A stretch of DNA of 63,447 nucleotides, counting the filler, from Octopus bimaculoides (taxonomy: Eukaryota), in assembly GCF_001194135.2 (NCBI RefSeq). It is 4 parts of 3 records of this genome, joined end to end, with 100 filler letters (N's around TTAATTAATTAA, not from the genome) between each part and the next. Parts side by side here need not be neighbours in the genome. Positions count along the whole stretch, not along the records: positions 45,859 to 61,206 come from NC_068986.1; positions 61,307 to 63,447 come from NC_068988.1; 2 more parts are not named here. One strand, 5' to 3'. Shown piece after piece: positions 52,287-63,447 of this stretch (position 1 is the first letter of the stretch; each line of letters opens with the position of its first letter). The position numbers and the translations under genes are program-made. Below the pieces are notes generated by a model. That model saw only the letters and a program-made list of their open reading frames with translations, did no database searches and had not been told where the DNA came from.

Positions 52287-52699
52287 TCGTACTTTTATTT
52301 GCAGCAAAAAGGAATTGTTTTTGAAAGAAAACTTCCTCATACAAGAACAAGGATTTGGAATTTTATTTCTTGTGAATAAGTATCCTTCTCATTTTTTTAT
52401 TTTCTTTTATCTTAGGTAACATTTGAGTTATGACTTCATCTTTGTTTACTTTCTGCGAATTCTCACTATAATTTTCATTCAACTTTTATTACAGTGACCA
52501 CTTCACTTTCATTCTATTTGAAAACTAGAAATCATTACAAAACCTCTTTCTTTTCACTATCCTTTCATTTTTTTCACTTTATCTCTTTAAAATTATTTAG
52601 AATTATAAATCCTATTTAGAATTATAAAGTCTCTTTGATCCAGTGGTTCCTCAAAAGAATGGATCCCACACCCCTGTGAATCAGGCAGAAAAGGTTAGG

Positions 52700-53985
52700 G
52701 GAGTCAAGGAAGCCCCTCTGTGCCAGTGGTCCTACAAAGGAAAGGAGCCCTCACCCCATTGGACAACCAGAGGAAAAAGTTCCCACCACAAGAAAAGGAA
52801 GGACGGAACACAAACACAAACATAAAAAAGGAAAGGAAGGAAACGGAAAAGGCAAAAATGAAACAACCAAAACCAAAACCCCAATCCACCAAACAAAAAA
52901 CAGAAAACCCCAAAGAGGATCCAATGCCATCCACAGGAAAGAAGAAATTTGGAAGGCACTCAAGAACCTGCAAATTTTACCTGCAAGGCAAATGTTGGCA
53001 TGGGGAAGACAGCAAAAACTACCGGCTTGCCCACCCGACACCCCACCAAAACTACAGGGGCCTTAAGGAGTAAAACTTCCCTGAGACAACAAATGTCTCC
53101 AAGGAAAAAATTTACAAAAGTGCGCTCTTCAGAGGTTATGCGCAATGCAGCAGCTGAGCAAGAGTCTTTTTTGTACATGGCACAAACAAGGAACTTTGCC
53201 CACCACTGCGCAAGACTACTACAGTCATCAGACATGAGATGACCTCCCCTAACGCCTGCACAGTCATCACACCAATATTTTTACTAAATATTGGAGGCCT
53301 GTTGCATTATAATAAAAGCAAAATTTTTTTCCTGAGAGACCTTGTTGCATGCAATCAAGCCTTCTACATAGCACTCATGGAAACTCACCTCAGCCCTGAT
53401 ATAGAGGATGCAAAAGTACATGTACCAAAATATGCCATACTGCAAACAGACAGAAGGGAAAGGAGCTATGGTGGAGTTGCTGTATACATCTGTGATGACC
53501 TCACACCCCAGGTCTTACTGTCATACTCAAATTCGGTATGTGACACTCTAATTGTATACATAAGACAACATAATATAGTCATCCTCAGAAGAATTAAAGA
53601 AATCCTCATAAAACTGGAACACCACATGACCATATTTCTTATGAGTGATTTCAACTTCCCCAACGTCAAACAGCCCAAAGGTCTCATACTCTCAGGAATG
53701 ACTCATTGCAAGCAAGCACAGGTGGAGTCCCTGCTCAACTTCAGCAATGCCCTATTCATGGAGCAAGCTGTACTCAGACCAACTAGGGTGAATAACACTC
53801 TGGATCTATGCTTCACGAACAATATGGACATCATTCATGATGTGAAAGTGACACAGACATTAGTCTTGGATCACAACATAATAGAACTGTCTATGTTTGG
53901 GCCGAAAGTAACCAGAGACATACAGCCTAAAGGAAGCACCCAAAATCTCTCCAAGCTGGACTTCCACAAAGCAGACTGGAAATGA
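52700..53985 (+). mobile_element. CR1/L2-group LINE: ORF1 C-terminus with decayed CCCH finger plus ORF2 APE endonuclease
   Basis: TCKFYLQGKCWHGEDSKNYRLAHP. ORF 53239-53985 reads LLNIGGL..ALMETHLS..TDRRERSYGGVAVYI..SDFNFP..TRVNNTLDLCFTN..LDHNII. Confidence 0.88.
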
Positions 53986-54440
53986 CCAAAAGAATAGGAT
54001 TGCAAATACATGCAGCCAAAATGGGGTTCCTTCGAAGGCTCTTTGGAATAATGTTAAACGATGATGAGGGGTCCCACCCATGCCAGCATGGAAGACAGAC
54101 ATTAAACAATGATGATGATGAATAGAATGTGTAGCTTGGAGATCAGAGAGCTGTGCTACTTCTCTATATTGATAGACTACAGTTCCAATACAACAGACAT
54201 GTGGTAAGAATATCTTAGGGAAAGAATCATTGGACAGGTTTTGCAGGCATAAACAACTGACAGGAGACCCAGGGATAGATGACAAGCAAGACAGTTGGAT
54301 AACATCCATGAGCTCAGTTGGTCTCACTTAGGAATCCAGCCAGATCAACTAGAGATGGATGCTTCTAACAGGACCTGATGGCAGGCATGCTTGGGGACTA
54401 ACCCATGACCCTAATAGGATTAAGTGGGTGAAGGAAATGA
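53982..54440 (+). mobile_element. RTE-clade LINE 3' fragment (same family as 8050) interrupted by a short SINE tail
   Basis: MTKRIGLQIHAAKMGFLRRLFGI, then after 54120: RHVVRIS.ERIIGQVL..RRPRDR..LDNIHELSWSHLGIQPDQL..SNR. Confidence 0.7.
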
Positions 54441-54829
54441 AAAAAGGGAAACACTTATTAACTTTGACAGGAAGTTCTGGACTATAAAGAATAGGTTTAA
54501 AAATGTTCATATGACAATGGGATCAAGTGATTTGACACAGGCTACAAAATTAGTAGGTATTTATATTCTAAATAGATTAGAAAATGCTTTTTGAGACAGA
54601 GCAAGGTGTGCATTGAGACAATGCACTATTCATTTGCCAGAACAGTAGCAATGTAGAAATTGCAAGGATTAGCAAAAGAATTAGCTATTTCTTTAAAAAC
54701 ATGTTTATTCATAACCATCAAAAGTAGTTATAAACACAGAAAAGCTTATGAAAAAAAGACTTCTCCAGAAGAACCAAACCAAGTCACCACCTAATATCAA
54801 TGGTGTTGTTGCTACTGTTACTAAAATGT

Positions 54830-55271
54830 GGAAATCTTTTTACATTACACTGAAATGATAAGTGCAATGTAACAATGATTGCAACTTTCTACAAAGAAGA
54901 CATAGTAAACAAGTTCTAAAGTAAATTATAAACCCAAGGAAGTTGTGAAGAAGCTTGACTGTATTATTGATTATACGACCAGCATGCATCTGGTTAATAA
55001 AGCAGACATGCAGCTGACGACACTCAAGTGTGCTAGGAAAAGTGTAAAATGGTACAAAAAAATATTTTTTCACATTATGGATGTTGTCATGCTGAATTCT
55101 TATATGTACCTCATGAAAACTAGTAACCACATGACATTCAAAGATTTCCATAGAGAAACAGTATGCCAATTGTTTGCCAAATATAGCAAACTCACAAATA
55201 CAGCACCAGGAAAGTTGACAAGTGGCATTGTAGAAAGCTCGTTTAGCCCTGCTTGCTTGCCTGAGATTTGA
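54830..55271 (+). mobile_element. piggyBac transposase C-terminal catalytic fragment
   Basis: NDKCNVTMIATF (cf. W.DKR.V.MLST) and KLDCIIDYTTSMHLVNKADMQL..RKSVKWYKKIFFHIMDVVMLNSY (cf. KP..I.DYN..MGGVD..D..RK..KWYKK.FF). Confidence 0.9.
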
Positions 55272-55700
55272 AATTGAATCCACACATTTGTTGCTTGTTA
55301 CATGACAGTTTGATCCTTTGTGTTGTTATCTCCACACCAGATGATTAACAAGAAACATCTGACATCGGGAGATCTTTTGCTGGTCACGGAAGGGTCAGTC
55401 CTTTATTTTAAGTTTGACCTACTTCCTGTCCATACTTTATACAACAGAGATCATCTGTCTCTTGATCTCTTCAGTTTTTAGCTGGCTAAGCAAGAGCATC
55501 TTTCATACGAATCAGAAAAGGGACAATGCAATCTTTACCCTTTCTTCCTCTGGCAGGAGAACGCACTGTCTACACTATAGGCAGAGATCCACAATTTTGG
55601 GTTGGACCGGTCACCCTTTCTTACACTAAGCAGACCTGATTTTTATTGAAGAAGAATATCTTAAAAACAAGAATAAACTGGCCTGCTCAGCCATCTTCAT
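55250..55700 (-). mobile_element. possible decayed Penelope-like GIY-YIG region
   Basis: Multi-frame CRQC.., CCIKYGQEVGQT (cf. C..C..QYVGQT) and WIQFQISGKQAGLN (cf. P.GLN). Confidence 0.3.
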
Positions 55701-56413
55701 TGCAAACAACCTAAAATTCAACAATATGAGGTTCAACGGATGATGGAAACACAAGTACTATTTCCTTTCCTCCTCCTTTAGTGCCATTGCCTTACTCTGC
55801 TCTACTACAAAATCTGAAAGTTACCAACAACAGTCTCAGAGTGGGGGTGATATAGTAGACTAGTGAGGCTAGATGAATTACATCCCTTTGCTGGCAAATG
55901 CCACCAGGTAGAGTTGCAGCTGACACCTATATATTCTGGTGGTTGTGAATCTCTCTCTGTCTCTCTCACTCACTCACTGTTTGGATGCCAAGAATCATGA
56001 ATCTCTCTCTCTCTCTCTCTCACTCTCTCTCTCTATCTCTCTCACTCTCTCTCTCTTTGTCTATGCCAGGACAGCATGGCATGCAAGAGCTACACTGAAA
56101 TGTTCTGACTACTGCTATTTTTCTCTGCCCACGTGTTCAGCAAAGTATACTTGATATTTACAAAATGTTTTGCTTAAGTTGTGTTAACTCCAGTAATTTT
56201 TATGAACATATGGAGACACAACTCATTGCATTCAATCACAATGGTAAATGATGTCTCATTTCCCTATTGCATTCTTCACACAAAAATTAGCGTTAATATC
56301 TTATTTACATGCTACAGTTCACAAGAATAACTGAAATAATTAAGAATAGTTATTAAGTTTGATCTCTTTTAGGAACATCATGCAATCCATAATTTAACAC
56401 TAAGTTCAATATA

Positions 56414-56526
<113 letters not shown>

Positions 56527-56527
56527 C

Positions 56528-57402
56528 TATGGAGCTATTCAACATAAACACATCCCTTAAAGATATTCTTATTCCACCAAGGAATACTTACATCAAATTA
56601 CTCATTAGCAAGACTAACTCTTTTATCAACAGAATCAGATGGAAAACCTATTTCCATGATTTTAAGGACCAAGAAACACTCCACCGTCTAACCCTAGATT
56701 GGATAAATTTGAAGAGGACATTTGGTCTATAATGAGGAATATCAAATTTCATCGCTCTCCTTTAAAGAACAGTCATCTAAGATACCTCCACAACATTACC
56801 AAAAAAACCAATCTAACCAAAGGTATATTAGTACAGTCGGACAAAACTGGAAATTTATACAAACTGTCTAAAGAAAAATACATGGAATTACTGAAAAAAG
56901 AGATAGAAAAAAATTATAAGACTACCAATAGTAATATTCTCTGGAAAGCTAACCTGGAAGCTAAAGAAATTATGATCAAATTTAATCTGCAAGATAGGAC
57001 TGAACCTTTGGACCCTAAACAACCTCGCTTTGTTCTTAACAAGCTAGATATGTTTTATATAGGAACCACGAAGGACTTTAAGGCTAGATATAGAGCGCAT
57101 ATGAGTTCGTTTTCAATTGAAAAATACTGTAGCTCTACCACACTCGCCTCTTATTTGCATGACCTCAAGAAGAAGAATATAAAGTACTCTCTTGAATGGT
57201 CTATTATATCGAGAGCCCCCACTTTAAGGCAAATATTAGTAAATGTTCCTTATGTATTAGGGAATCCCTTGCGATACTCAGGTATTTTGGACCAAAAACC
57301 TTAAATAAGTTCATCAAAATAATCCCCTTCTGCAACTCTAAGTTTTCCTCCACCTTCTTGAAACTGAATAGAAATCAAATTAAATTTAAAGACAATAGAT
57401 AA
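56528..57402 (+). mobile_element. internally deleted Penelope-like element (N-terminal domain joined to GIY-YIG; RT absent)
   Basis: SLKDILIPPRNTYIKLLISKTNSFINRIRWKTYF and KFEEDIW..ILVQSDKTGNLY, directly followed by FYIGTTKDFKARYRAHMSSF..TTLASYLHDLK..EWSII and KCSLCIRESLAI. Confidence 0.88.
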
Positions 57403-58470
57403 TAACAAGTGTAATAGTTTGCATTAAGNNNNNNNNNNNNNNNNNNNNNNNNNNNNNNNNNNNNNNNNNNNNNNNNNNCATTCCATTATTTGCATAGGCT
57501 TGTCTAAGGCTGGTACATATTGACTATATAAATTTACTCTTATATAAAAATTATTTTTTCCCTTTGTGCATGTCATGACATTTGTATGTAAGTTTACCCT
57601 GACAAGGGGGTCATCACCAGTTTGCACTCTATTGTGTTTGGAATACAGTGGTGTACCCACAAAATGGCCATAGGTGTTGTACGTGGTTTTCGTGAAATTG
57701 ATTTTACTGACCGATACCTGCTGGGTGCTGTATTTGTCTTTTGACCCATGTGTTTTGTGAACTTTTGGACATGGTGTGCGGAATTAAATTTTACATGTTT
57801 TACCTGCTCGGTGCCTGTTATTCACTCTTGTATATATCTAACTGGTGCGGACTTGCCTATTGGTGTCTACTAGTTTTGAGTTGTAAAATGTGCCTGAGGG
57901 AGATGTAGAACTTTGTGTTTTAACTCTAAATGGTGTTAAATCATTTCTATCCTTGATTTTTAACCGATGAACTACTTTATGGTACCTCATTTCTTTATTT
58001 CATTTTATTTTATTTTTTTATATCGATCTATATTATATTATATTTGAAATTTTTAATCGTATTAATTTTAACTTCTATGAAATGATATATATGTGTATTG
58101 TATTATACCTTTAACTCGAGTTTTTTCATTTGTATGTTATCGGTTGGTATAATATATTTGTGTATAAAATTTGATACTATATGTTCTATTTTTTTGCATC
58201 TTACTTCTTATATATTTCTTATACTTTTATTTATTATTTCTTCTTAGGATATTTTTCTTAACGTTATATTTTCTTATTCCTTATGTTTGACGGATTATGT
58301 TGTATTTCTTATATATGTTCATTGAGGGGGTGTGATATGTTGAGTCGTTAACCCAGCGTTTTTATTCTATAACTAATATTTTACTCTTGTCTCAATTTTT
58401 CTGAGCACTTCTCTTTGCAGCCTTGTATAAAATCTATTGGTTTCATAATAAGAAACCATTAATATTACAC

Positions 58471-58511
<41 letters not shown>

Positions 58512-58780
58512 TACAGTATATATATGTATATACTATTGTGCATTTTGTGTCATTTATTGAAGTCTATTATTAGGGGAAAGTAGGTTAAATCTTCCTAAAT
58601 ATATAGACACAAACATTCTCTCTCTCTCTTCCTCTCAGCTGCTCAATCTCTCTAAATATATAGACATACTTTCTTTCTTTCTCTATTTCTTCACTACCCT
58701 CCATCACACTGTTAATTTTTTTTAAATAAATAGATAGATAAAAAAAATAAATAAAATATCCAGAAAATGTCCAGAACCTG

Positions 58781-60696
58781 GAGGAGCATGGAACTGGCAT
58801 TGTTTTTGAGAGCCTGGCACTGAAGGAGATGACCCAAACAACATAATCACAGCTGTGCTGAAGAACAATGGTTACACCAGAACATTAGCACAGATAGAAT
58901 GAAAGAAGCAAGAGTTCACACACTCCTATGCTCTCCTATCAGCACTCTTGATGCTATCTTTGATAATGAACACAGCAAAGATGACAAGGATAGAGACGCG
59001 GATGCAAATGAAAGATGTCACCCCCACTTGGTAGACACTCAAGAAAACCAAGAAGAAGATTCAAGCGAGAAACCTGCCCGGAAAGTAAACCCACGTGAAA
59101 GTGCTCCTACCACCATCAAAACGAAAAACCATGGAGGTGAAAGAGCCAAGAAATAACAACTAAAAGAAGGAAAAACTAAAACTAAAACAATAGATGAAAC
59201 AGCCAAAGAAAGAAGCAAACATGACTACCCATATAACAAAAAGGATAAAAAGAGACAGCACACATGAATATGCAAATTCTACTTGAGAGGTGTCTGCTGG
59301 CATGTAGAGGAAGGTGCAGGCTGCCGTTTTGCACAGACCTGTCAACATGTTCTTGAAAGGGCAGCTGCTGAACAACCACCTTTTTTGTGCATGGCACAAA
59401 AGATTGTACAGCAGCTGACCTGGCTACAATCTCACAGATGGGACTATCCCCAATGAGGAGCATGGAACTGGCATTGTTTTTGAGAGCCTGACACTGAAGG
59501 AGATAACCCAAACAACATAATCACAGCTGTGCTGAAGAGCAATGGTTACACCAGAACATTAGCACAGATAGAACGAAAGAAGCAGGAGTTTACACGTTCC
59601 TATGCTCTCATACGATCCCATATCAGCACTCTTGATGCCATCTTTGATAATGAACACAGCAAAGATGACAAGGATGGCGGCACGGATGCAGATGAAAGAT
59701 GACACCCCACTTGGTAGACACTCAAGAAAACCAAGAAGAAGATTCAAGCGAGAAACCTGCCCGGAAAGTAAACCCAAGTGCAAGTGCTCCTACCACCATC
59801 AAAACAAAAAACCAAGAAAGAACAACTAAAAGAAGGAAAAACTAAAACAATAGATGAAACAGCCAAAGAAAGAAGCAAACCTGATTACCCATATAACAAA
59901 AAGGATAAAAAGAGACAGCACACATGAATATGCAAATTTTACTTGAGAGGTGTCCGCTGGCATGTAGAGGAAGGTGCAGGCTGCCATTTTGCACAGACCT
60001 GTCAACATGTTGTTGAAAGGGCAGCTGCTGAACAACAATCTTTTTTGTGCATGGCACAAAACATTGTACAGCAGCTGACCTGGCTACAATCTCACAGATG
60101 GGACTATCCCCAATACACAAGACTACCACAGCAAATAGACCCAAGGTGGGCACCACTGACAACAACACACACATCACATCGGTGCTCTTACTGAACATCA
60201 GAGGACTGTTAACACTTAGTAACAGGACAAAAATCCCTTTCTCGAGAGACCTTGTTGCATGCAATCAAGCTTTATGCATAGCACTTACAGAGACACACCT
60301 GAAACCAATATATAGCAAATGCAGAAATACACATACCACAGTATGTTGTATTACAGATGGACAGAAAAGAAAGGAGTCATGGTGGAGTTCTATGTACATC
60401 TGCGAAGACCTCACACCCCAGGTCCTTTTGTCACACTCAAATTCAATATGTAACACACTAATTGTACATATAAGACAACTCGGTGTAGTTATATGTGCTA
60501 CATGTCACCCTCCAGATGCTCCAAATCATGTAGGCAAGTTTGAAGACTGCCTTACACAAATAAAAAAAGTTCTCGTCACATTAGAACCACACAGGTGAAG
60601 TCCCCCACTGAACCTCATCAACACTTTGTACATGAAACAAATAGTACTCCAACCAACCAGGGCAGGTAACATACTGGATCTCTGCTTCACACAATG
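58781..60696 (+). mobile_element. CR1/L2-group LINE relic with tandemly duplicated ORF1 segment and APE endonuclease fragment
   Basis: ORF1 finger ICKFYLRGV(C/R)WHVEEGAGC(R/H)FAQ is present in both copies. The EN reads LLNIRGL..ALTETHL..YICEDLTPQVLLSHSNSICNTLIVHIRQ..TRAGNILDLCFT, clearly related to 53239-53985. Confidence 0.85.
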
Positions 60697-60698
60697 TA

Positions 60699-61206
60699 CT
60701 GTGGGGGACAAAAGAGTTTGCAGACCTATTTTTTCTCAATTACTTTATTAATTTTGCTTTATTTTTTAATTTCACCTCTTCCATCATTTGCTGGTTGCCA
60801 TTGTTTTTTTTCATTACTACATTTTACGAAAAAACCCAGAATTTAATAATTGTTAAACATTTTCCTCTTTTCAGGTGAGCCAAAAGTTTATGCAGGTAAC
60901 ATAAATTTATTAATAATGGCTAAAGGAAAGATGTTGACAGATAGCGAGAAGGGTGAAATTGTTAAATTACTTGCTGCAAAGAAGTCTACATTAGAAATTT
61001 CAAAAATTTTGAAACGAGATCATCGAACTGTGAAACGTTTCGTCATTGACGGCAAAGATGGAAGAAAAAAGCACAAAAGTGGCAGACCAAAGGTGACTTC
61101 ACCACGAGATTTTAGAAAAATCAAGAGGAGTGTGCTAGCAAACCTACACAGCACAAGCAAAGCTATTTTCGACCATGCAGGAGTGTCTGACATCTCTAAA
61201 AGGACC
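60699..61206 (+). mobile_element. Tc1-family DNA transposon 5' end (paired-like HTH domain), cut by scaffold join
   Basis: Begins TA|CTGTGGGGGACAAAAG. The ORF from 60916 reads MAKGKMLTDSEKGEIVKL..EISKILKRDHRTVKRFV..SGRPKVTSPRDFRKIKR (GRPK motif). Confidence 0.88.
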
Positions 61207-61306
61207 NNNNNNNNNNNNNNNNNNNNNNNNNNNNNNNNNNNNNNNNNNNNTTAATTAATTAANNNNNNNNNNNNNNNNNNNNNNNNNNNNNNNNNNNNNN
61301 NNNNNN
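61207..61306. other. scaffold-join spacer N44-TTAATTAATTAA-N44
   Basis: Same structure as at 30871. Confidence 0.95.
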
Positions 61307-63078
61307 ATACCGATGGGCTTGGTAAAAATTGTTAATTGTTAATTGATTTATTAATTAATAAATTGATAATCCTTTACCCTTTTAATTTGTAATAATTATT
61401 CACTCCCTGGTAGTATACGCAGATTCTCTGCGATATCACTTGTCGCGCAATTGGTAATTTCTTGAGGGAAGGACAGTTAGACTGGCTGACCGAGGTGGAT
61501 TCGGTTATGCTTTCAGACCTGTGTCGGTGTGGAATGTTACTAGTCCATGCTTACACAGTTTGCTAGCATAGTCAAATTTACTACTGGAATACAGTACTGA
61601 TGAAGGAAATTGATTATTATCAATCATGATCTAGAAACGCGTCTACTGTTAAACATCGGAATTGGTTAGTTTTCATTGTTTTTTCTTCTTGTTTTTGCCT
61701 TTGTGAGTTACAAGTGATGCTATCTGTGGGATTCTCAGCTTTTTTAGCTGCTATTTCTGAACTTCGGTATATGGTGAAGCAAATATTTGCTGATCCCTTA
61801 ATTATATTTATATATATATATAAATGTATATATGCATTACTATGTATACAAATTTAGTTACATTTTATCACCATTGACTAGCTGTATCATATTTTGATTT
61901 CTATTAATTCCTTTCGGAATTCTTTGACCAGCTGTTTTGCTTAATTGTTTTATTTGTTTTTAAAAATTTTTACTCTTTCTCTAAGACTTCAGATGATTTC
62001 TTTGAAAGCAAAGTTTTTTCATCAGCCCCTTACATACTCACATGGGCCCCTGTATATGGACTGTAATGTCTTAAAGGGCTCACTTGCCAGTCCACCACTA
62101 TATATGCCTCAATAGGCATGGTATGATTTGATATAAAGATATTATCAGATTCATTGTTTAATCTTTTCACTTTTCATGTTTATTAATGTTTCATTTTTTT
62201 TTTGTTTTATTGAGGGTTAAACAATTTTTTCAGTTGGGGGAGATAACCCAATTTTTTAATGTGGGTGAGACAACTAAAAAGTACCCTCATCTCTATAAAT
62301 ATTCAGGTCTACATATATTCTACCTTCACTTAACTTTGATAGGTTTCGGCCAGTATAGGCCCAAGCCATATCTAACTTAATAGTATTTTTCTAACTTGTA
62401 AAATATTGCTTGTTCATGTAAAACTTAAAATTGAAAGACACCTTAAGGAAAGAAAAATACCAATGTATTCCATCTCAAAAAAATTAATTAAAAGATCTGT
62501 GATTGAGATGGAATAGATCCAAATATTACTGTTGTTTCTGCTCCAATATTTTATAGCATGATGCTCATGTCTATAACTTTGGTTTTTATTTTTCTAATTT
62601 GTAAATATTGTACTAATGTTTTTTCATGCAAAAATATGGAATTAAAAGAAACCTGACTTTATTTTTCAATGCAAAATATCGATATTACACAGGGTAGACA
62701 TTGACATATTTCCAAACATATGAACTCATAGGCACACATGTGCACGCACACACACACACGCACTCACGTTAAATCTTCATAGAACCTTCTATCTTCCCTC
62801 TGGCATCTTAAGAAAAAGCAGGAAAAAACAAAAATGCTCTCAGTTATGACCACAACCCATCCTAGGAGAGATTACCATCCTTGAATTCATGTCAATAGAA
62901 TGGTAAATGAATAAATAAATAAATGAATGGAAGTCAAAATTGAATGAAGGAGGGGGCTCCCTCCTCCTCTCTCTACCTATCTATCTCCATTGTTCTAGAA
63001 CCTCACACCAAAAAAAAAACAAAAACATCTGTTCTATATAAGTAAACAATCAGTCACAAAAAAAAAAAAATTATTTGA

Positions 63079-63447
63079 TAAGTTCGAAAAACGTGGAGGC
63101 GCAATGACCCAGTGGTTAGGGCAGCGGAGTCGCGGTTTCGATTCCCAGACCGGGAATTGTGTGTGTTTATTGAGCGAAATCACCTAAAGCTCCACGAGGC
63201 TCGAGCAGGGGGTGGTGGCGACCCCCTGTTGTACTCTTTCGCCCCAATTTCTCTCACTCTTCCTGTTTCTTGAGTAAAGTTGCGATGGACTGGCATCCCG
63301 TCCAACTAAGTTCGAAAAACGTGGAGGCGCAATGACCCAGTGGTTAGGGCAGCGGAGTCGCGGTTTCGATTCCCAGACCGGGAATTGTGTGTGTTTATTG
63401 AGCGAAATCACCTAAAGCTCCACGAGGCTCGAGCAGGGGGTGGTGGC
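63079..63447 (+). mobile_element. tandem dimer of a SINE family 2-headed element, 228-bp period, second copy cut by window end
   Basis: 63079-63219 is identical to 63307-63447. The head GTGGAGGCGCAATGACCCAGTGG matches 27746. Confidence 0.88.

Noticed and set aside
57560-58000. CTGACAAG.., CTGAGGGAG.. and CCGATGAA motifs downstream of the Penelope relic, as possible pLTR hammerheads
   Set aside because: None is followed by a stem II and GAAA.
61307-61620. AATAAA-containing stretch then TGGTAG.., reminiscent of an LTR end plus primer-binding site
   Set aside because: There is no second LTR, no TG..CA boundary and no gag/pol similarity downstream.

Overview
AT-rich, microsatellite-saturated animal genomic DNA. 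The SINE families and repeat content suggest an octopus, but this is inference only. I found no recognisable host protein-coding exon, rRNA, intact tRNA gene or CRISPR array; most listed ORFs are microsatellite or N-gap artefacts. The window is four scaffolds (1-30870, 30971-45758, 45859-61206, 61307-63447) joined by identical 100-bp spacers (N44-TTAATTAATTAA-N44). Interpretable content is transposon relics: Penelope-like (GIY-YIG) elements, two mariners, a Tc1, piggyBac and Helitron fragments, RTE, CR1/L2-group, L1/Tx1-like and R4/Dong-like LINEs, MITEs and many tRNA-derived SINEs. The most interesting signal is seven minimal hammerhead-ribozyme-like motifs in two short non-coding repeat families. 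One family has a canonical CUGAUGA core, and one copy sits downstream of a tRNA-like Pol III head. The other has a recurrent non-canonical CUGUUGA core, and several of its copies abut (TA)n tracts. Also notable: an RTE LINE ending in three C2H2 zinc fingers, an RT-less in-frame Penelope N-terminus/GIY-YIG fusion, and a strongly CpG-depleted, TE-dense third scaffold.
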